Source: Nemertoderma westbladi (Eukaryota > Animalia > Xenacoelomorpha). From it: 64,000 nucleotides of DNA. Below, one piece after another: positions 55,411 through 64,000 of the stretch. The position numbers and the translations under genes are program-made. A model generated the notes under the pieces. The model was not told the DNA's origin and made no database searches. It saw nothing but the letters and a program-made list of their open reading frames with translations. Location: positions 18,907 through 82,906 of the forward strand of contig JAUCBJ010000852.1 of assembly GCA_032718475.1 (NCBI GenBank), given 5' to 3'. Numbering within the stretch: position 1 is the stretch's first letter; each line of letters opens with the position of its first letter.

Positions 55411-58400
55411 TATACTACGCATCGGGCTACTACTAATCAACTACAAACGCTATACTACGCATCGGGCTACTACTAATCAACTACAAACGATATACTACGC
55501 ATCGGGCTACTACCAATCAACTACAAACGCTATACTACGCATCGGGCTACTACTAATCAACTACAAACGCTATACTACGCATCGGGCTACTACTAATCAA
55601 CTACAAACGCTATACTACGCATCGGGCTACTACTAATCAACTACAAACGCTATACTACGCATCGGGCTACTACTAATCAACTACAAACGCTATACTACGC
55701 ATCGGGCTACTACTAATCAACTACAAACGATATACTACGCATCGGGCTACTACTAATCAACTACAAACGCTATACTACGCATCGGGCTACTACTAATCAA
55801 CTACAAACGCTATACTACGCATCGGGCTACTACTAATCAACTACAAACGCTATACTACGCATCGGGCTACTACTAATCAACTACAAACGCTAGACTACGC
55901 ATCGGGCTACTACTAATCAACTACAAACGCTATACTACGCATCGGGCTACTACTAATCAACTACAAACGCTAGACTACGCATCGGGCTACTACTAATCAA
56001 CTACAAACGCTAGACTACGCATCGGGCTACTACCAATCAACTACAAACGCTATACTACGCATCGGGCTACTACTAATCAACTACAAACGCTATACTACGC
56101 ATCGGGCTACTACCAATCAACTACAAACGCTATACTACGCATCGGGCTACTACTAATCAACTACAAACGCTAGACTACGCATCGGGCTACTACCAATCAA
56201 CTACAAACGCTATACTACGCATCGGGCTACTACTAATCAACTACAAACGCTATACTACGCATCGGGCTACTACCAATCAACTACAAACGCTATACTACGC
56301 ATCGGGCTACTACTAATCAACTACAAACGCTATACTACGCATCGGGCTACTACTAATCAACTACAAACGCTATACTACGCATCGGGCTACTACTAATCAA
56401 CTACAAACGATATACTACGCACCGGGCTACTACTAATCAACTACAAACGCTATACTACGCATCGGGCTACTACTAATCAACTACAAACGCTATACTACGC
56501 ATCGGGCTACTACTAATCAACTACAAACGCTATACTACGCATCGGGCTACTACTAATCAACTACAAACGCTAGACTACGCATCGGGCTACTACTAATCAA
56601 CTACAAACGCTAGACTACGCATCGGGCTACTACTAATCAACTACAAACGATATACTACGCATCGGGCTACTACTAATCAACTACAAACGATATACTACGC
56701 ATCGGGCTACTACCAATCAACTACAAACGCTATACTACGCATCGGGCTACTACTAATCAACTACAAACGCTATACTACGCATCGGGCTACTACTAATCAA
56801 CTACAAACGCTATACTACGCATCGGGCTACTACTAATCAACTACAAACGCTATACTACGCATCGGGCTACTACTAATCAACTACAAACGCTATACTACGC
56901 ATCGGGCTACTACTAATCAACTACAAACGCTATACTACGCATCGGGCTACTACTAATCAACTACAAACGCTATACTACGCATCGGGCTACTACTAATCAA
57001 CTACAAACGCTATACTACGCATCGGGCTACTACTAATCAACTACAAACGCTATACTACGCATCGGGCTACTACTAATCAACTACAAACGCTATACTACGC
57101 ATCGGGCTACTACTAATCAACTACAAACGCTATACTACGCATCGGGCTACTACTAATCAACTACAAACGCTATACTACGCATCGGGCTACTACTAATCAA
57201 CTACAAACGCTATACTACGCATCGGGCTACTACTAATCAACTACAAACGCTATACTACGCATCGGGCTACTACTAATCAACTACAAACGCTATACTACGC
57301 ATCGGGCTACTACTAATCAACTACAAACGCTATACTACGCATCGGGCTACTACTAATCAACTACAAACGCTATACTACGCATCGGGCTACTACTAATCAA
57401 CTACAAACGCTATACTACGCATCGGGCTACTACTAATCAACTACAAACGCTATACTACGCATCGGGCTACTACTAATCAACTACAAACGCTATACTACGC
57501 ATCGGGCTACTACTAATCAACTACAAACGCTATACTACGCATCGGGCTACTACTAATCAACTACAAACGCTATACTACGCATCGGGCTACTACTAATCAA
57601 CTACAAACGCTATACTACGCATCGGGCTACTACTAATCAACTACAAACGCTATACTACGCATCGGGCTACTACTAATCAACTACAAACGCTATACTACGC
57701 ATCGGGCTACTACTAATCAACTACAAACGCTATACTACGCATCGGGCTACTACTAATCAACTACAAACGCTATACTACGCATCGGGCTACTACTAATCAA
57801 CTACAAACGCTATACTACGCATCGGGCTACTACTAATCAACTACAAACGCTATACTACGCATCGGGCTACTACTAATCAACTACAAACGCTATACTACGC
57901 ATCGGGCTACTACTAATCAACTACAAACGCTATACTACGCATCGGGCTACTACTAATCAACTACAAACGCTATACTACGCATCGGGCTACTACTAATCAA
58001 CTACAAACGCTATACTACGCATCGGGCTACTACTAATCAACTACAAACGCTATACTACGCATCGGGCTACTACTAATCAACTACAAACGCTATACTACGC
58101 ATCGGGCTACTACTAATCAACTACAAACGCTATACTACGCATCGGGCTACTACTAATCAACTACAAACGCTATACTACGCATCGGGCTACTACTAATCAA
58201 CTACAAACGCTATACTACGCATCGGGCTACTACTAATCAACTACAAACGCTATACTACGCATCGGGCTACTACTAATCAACTACAAACGCTATACTACGC
58301 ATCGGGCTACTACTAATCAACTACAAACGCTATACTACGCATCGGGCTACTACTAATCAACTACAAACGCTATACTACGCATCGGGCTACTACTAATCAA

Positions 58401-61400
58401 CTACAAACGCTATACTACGCATCGGGCTACTACTAATCAACTACAAACGCTATACTACGCATCGGGCTACTACTAATCAACTACAAACGCTATACTACGC
58501 ATCGGGCTACTACTAATCAACTACAAACGCTATACTACGCATCGGGCTACTACTAATCAACTACAAACGCTATACTACGCATCGGGCTACTACTAATCAA
58601 CTACAAACGCTATACTACGCATCGGGCTACTACTAATCAACTACAAACGCTATACTACGCATCGGGCTACTACTAATCAACTACAAACGCTATACTACGC
58701 ATCGGGCTACTACTAATCAACTACAAACGCTATACTACGCATCGGGCTACTACTAATCAACTACAAACGCTATACTACGCATCGGGCTACTACTAATCAA
58801 CTACAAACGCTATACTACGCATCGGGCTACTACTAATCAACTACAAACGCTATACTACGCATCGGGCTACTACTAATCAACTACAAACGCTATACTACGC
58901 ATCGGGCTACTACTAATCAACTACAAACGCTATACTACGCATCGGGCTACTACTAATCAACTACAAACGCTATACTACGCATCGGGCTACTACTAATCAA
59001 CTACAAACGCTATACTACGCATCGGGCTACTACTAATCAACTACAAACGCTATACTACGCATCGGGCTACTACTAATCAACTACAAACGCTATACTACGC
59101 ATCGGGCTACTACTAATCAACTACAAACGCTATACTACGCATCGGGCTACTACTAATCAACTACAAACGCTATACTACGCATCGGGCTACTACTAATCAA
59201 CTACAAACGCTATACTACGCATCGGGCTACTACTAATCAACTACAAACGCTATACTACGCATCGGGCTACTACTAATCAACTACAAACGCTATACTACGC
59301 ATCGGGCTACTACTAATCAACTACAAACGCTATACTACGCATCGGGCTACTACTAATCAACTACAAACGCTATACTACGCATCGGGCTACTACTAATCAA
59401 CTACAAACGCTATACTACGCATCGGGCTACTACTAATCAACTACAAACGCTATACTACGCATCGGGCTACTACTAATCAACTACAAACGCTATACTACGC
59501 ATCGGGCTACTACTAATCAACTACAAACGCTATACTACGCATCGGGCTACTACTAATCAACTACAAACGCTATACTACGCATCGGGCTACTACTAATCAA
59601 CTACAAACGCTATACTACGCATCGGGCTACTACTAATCAACTACAAACGCTATACTACGCATCGGGCTACTACTAATCAACTACAAACGCTATACTACGC
59701 ATCGGGCTACTACTAATCAACTACAAACGCTATACTACGCATCGGGCTACTACTAATCAACTACAAACGCTATACTACGCATCGGGCTACTACTAATCAA
59801 CTACAAACGCTATACTACGCATCGGGCTACTACTAATCAACTACAAACGCTATACTACGCATCGGGCTACTACTAATCAACTACAAACGCTATACTACGC
59901 ATCGGGCTACTACTAATCAACTACAAACGCTATACTACGCATCGGGCTACTACTAATCAACTACAAACGCTATACTACGCATCGGGCTACTACTAATCAA
60001 CTACAAACGCTATACTACGCATCGGGCTACTACTAATCAACTACAAACGCTATACTACGCATCGGGCTACTACTAATCAACTACAAACGCTATACTACGC
60101 ATCGGGCTACTACTAATCAACTACAAACGCTATACTACGCATCGGGCTACTACTAATCAACTACAAACGCTATACTACGCATCGGGCTACTACTAATCAA
60201 CTACAAACGCTATACTACGCATCGGGCTACTACTAATCAACTACAAACGCTATACTACGCATCGGGCTACTACTAATCAACTACAAACGCTATACTACGC
60301 ATCGGGCTACTACTAATCAACTACAAACGCTATACTACGCATCGGGCTACTACTAATCAACTACAAACGCTATACTACGCATCGGGCTACTACTAATCAA
60401 CTACAAACGCTATACTACGCATCGGGCTACTACTAATCAACTACAAACGCTATACTACGCATCGGGCTACTACTAATCAACTACAAACGCTATACTACGC
60501 ATCGGGCTACTACTAATCAACTACAAACGCTATACTACGCATCGGGCTACTACTAATCAACTACAAACGCTATACTACGCATCGGGCTACTACTAATCAA
60601 CTACAAACGCTATACTACGCATCGGGCTACTACTAATCAACTACAAACGCTATACTACGCATCGGGCTACTACTAATCAACTACAAACGCTATACTACGC
60701 ATCGGGCTACTACTAATCAACTACAAACGCTATACTACGCATCGGGCTACTACTAATCAACTACAAACGCTATACTACGCATCGGGCTACTACTAATCAA
60801 CTACAAACGCTATACTACGCATCGGGCTACTACTAATCAACTACAAACGCTATACTACGCATCGGGCTACTACTAATCAACTACAAACGCTATACTACGC
60901 ATCGGGCTACTACTAATCAACTACAAACGCTATACTACGCATCGGGCTACTACTAATCAACTACAAACGCTATACTACGCATCGGGCTACTACTAATCAA
61001 CTACAAACGCTATACTACGCATCGGGCTACTACTAATCAACTACAAACGCTATACTACGCATCGGGCTACTACTAATCAACTACAAACGCTATACTACGC
61101 ATCGGGCTACTACTAATCAACTACAAACGCTATACTACGCATCGGGCTACTACTAATCAACTACAAACGCTATACTACGCATCGGGCTACTACTAATCAA
61201 CTACAAACGCTATACTACGCATCGGGCTACTACTAATCAACTACAAACGCTATACTACGCATCGGGCTACTACTAATCAACTACAAACGCTATACTACGC
61301 ATCGGGCTACTACTAATCAACTACAAACGCTATACTACGCATCGGGCTACTACTAATCAACTACAAACGCTATACTACGCATCGGGCTACTACTAATCAA

Positions 61401-64000
61401 CTACAAACGCTATACTACGCATCGGGCTACTACTAATCAACTACAAACGCTATACTACGCATCGGGCTACTACTAATCAACTACAAACGCTATACTACGC
61501 ATCGGGCTACTACTAATCAACTACAAACGCTATACTACGCATCGGGCTACTACTAATCAACTACAAACGCTATACTACGCATCGGGCTACTACTAATCAA
61601 CTACAAACGCTATACTACGCATCGGGCTACTACTAATCAACTACAAACGCTATACTACGCATCGGGCTACTACTAATCAACTACAAACGATATACTACGC
61701 ATCGGGCTACTACTAATCAACTACAAACGCTATACTACGCATCGGGCTACTACTAATCAACTACAAACGCTATACTACGCATCGGGCTACTACTAATCAA
61801 CTACAAACGCTATACTACGCATCGGGCTACTACTAATCAACTACAAACGCTATACTACGCATCGGGCTACTACTAATCAACTACAAACGCTATACTACGC
61901 ATCGGGCTACTACTAATCAACTACAAACGCTATACTACGCATCGGGCTACTACTAATCAACTACAAACGCTATACTACGCATCGGGCTACTACTAATCAA
62001 CTACAAACGCTATACTACGCATCGGGCTACTACTAATCAACTACAAACGCTATACTACGCATCGGGCTACTACTAATCAACTACAAACGCTATACTACGC
62101 ATCGGGCTACTACTAATCAACTACAAACGCTATACTACGCATCGGGCTACTACTAATCAACTACAAACGCTATACTACGCATCGGGCTACTACTAATCAA
62201 CTACAAACGCTATACTACGCATCGGGCTACTACTAATCAACTACAAACGCTATACTACGCATCGGGCTACTACTAATCAACTACAAACGCTATACTACGC
62301 ATCGGGCTACTACTAATCAACTACAAACGCTATACTACGCATCGGGCTACTACTAATCAACTACAAACGCTATACTACGCATCGGGCTACTACTAATCAA
62401 CTACAAACGCTATACTACGCATCGGGCTACTACTAATCAACTACAAACGCTATACTACGCATCGGGCTACTACTAATCAACTACAAACGCTATACTACGC
62501 ATCGGGCTACTACTAATCAACTACAAACGCTATACTACGCATCGGGCTACTACTAATCAACTACAAACGCTATACTACGCATCGGGCTACTACTAATCAA
62601 CTACAAACGCTATACTACGCATCGGGCTACTACTAATCAACTACAAACGCTATACTACGCATCGGGCTACTACTAATCAACTACAAACGCTATACTACGC
62701 ATCGGGCTACTACTAATCAACTACAAACGCTATACTACGCATCGGGCTACTACTAATCAACTACAAACGCTATACTACGCATCGGGCTACTACTAATCAA
62801 CTACAAACGCTATACTACGCATCGGGCTACTACTAATCAACTACAAACGCTATACTACGCATCGGGCTACTACTAATCAACTACAAACGCTATACTACGC
62901 ATCGGGCTACTACTAATCAACTACAAACGCTATACTACGCATCGGGCTACTACTAATCAACTACAAACGCTATACTACGCATCGGGCTACTACTAATCAA
63001 CTACAAACGCTATACTACGCATCGGGCTACTACTAATCAACTACAAACGCTATACTACGCATCGGGCTACTACTAATCAACTACAAACGCTATACTACGC
63101 ATCGGGCTACTACTAATCAACTACAAACGCTATACTACGCATCGGGCTACTACTAATCAACTACAAACGCTATACTACGCATCGGGCTACTACTAATCAA
63201 CTACAAACGCTATACTACGCATCGGGCTACTACTAATCAACTACAAACGCTATACTACGCATCGGGCTACTACTAATCAACTACAAACGCTATACTACGC
63301 ATCGGGCTACTACTAATCAACTACAAACGCTATACTACGCATCGGGCTACTACTAATCAACTACAAACGCTATACTACGCATCGGGCTACTACTAATCAA
63401 CTACAAACGCTATACTACGCATCGGGCTACTACCAATCAACTACAAACGCTATACTACGCATCGGGCTACTACTAATCAACTACAAACGCTATACTACGC
63501 ATCGGGCTACTACCAATCAACTACAAACGCTATACTACGCATCGGGCTACTACTAATCAACTACAAACGCTATACTACGCATCGGGCTACTACTAATCAA
63601 CTACAAACGCTATACTACGCATCGGGCTACTACTAATCAACTACAAACGCTATACTACGCATCGGGCTACTACTAATCAACTACAAACGCTATACTACGC
63701 ATCGGGCTACTACTAATCAACTACAAACGCTATACTACGCATCGGGCTACTACTAATCAACTACAAACGCTATACTACGCATCGGGCTACTACTAATCAA
63801 CTACAAACGCTATACTACGCATCGGGCTACTACTAATCAACTACAAACGCTATACTACGCATCGGGCTACTACTAATCAACTACAAACGCTATACTACGC
63901 ATCGGGCTACTACTAATCAACTACAAACGCTATACTACGCATCGGGCTACTACTAATCAACTACAAACGCTATACTACGCATCGGGCTACTACTAATCAA
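55411..64000. repeat. 40-bp satellite (TATACTACGCATCGGGCTACTACTAATCAACTACAAACGC), >214 copies, runs off the window
   Basis: Direct periodicity; near-perfect interior, variants mostly near the left edge. Confidence 0.98.

Overview
AT-rich animal (invertebrate-like) genomic DNA with spliceosomal introns; roughly half of the window is tandem repeat. Three main components. (1) A minus-strand ATAD2/Yta7-type AAA+ ATPase gene: four secure exons (28220-35735) plus two to three probable upstream exons (to ~54225). At least three of its exon-intron junctions have themselves been amplified into tandem arrays: a 46-bp donor array (~59 copies), a 32-bp branch point + acceptor array (~105 copies) and a 76-bp donor array (~31 copies). 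Only the exon-adjacent copy keeps the reading frame. (2) An essentially full-length endogenous orthomyxovirus-like (Articulavirales) PB1 polymerase segment (13352-15594) with two frameshifts and an apparent viral segment terminus (AGCAATAGCAAG) 25 nt before the ATG. (3) A dense transposon field: an intron-containing IS3EU-like DDE transposase, an intact hATm-like element, piggyBac, Merlin, Penelope-like fragments with hammerhead ribozymes, R2-like and CRE-like fragments, three non-autonomous Helitrons, nested MITEs, and large 16-, 44- and 40-bp satellites. All family assignments come from motif recognition by eye; no searches were run.
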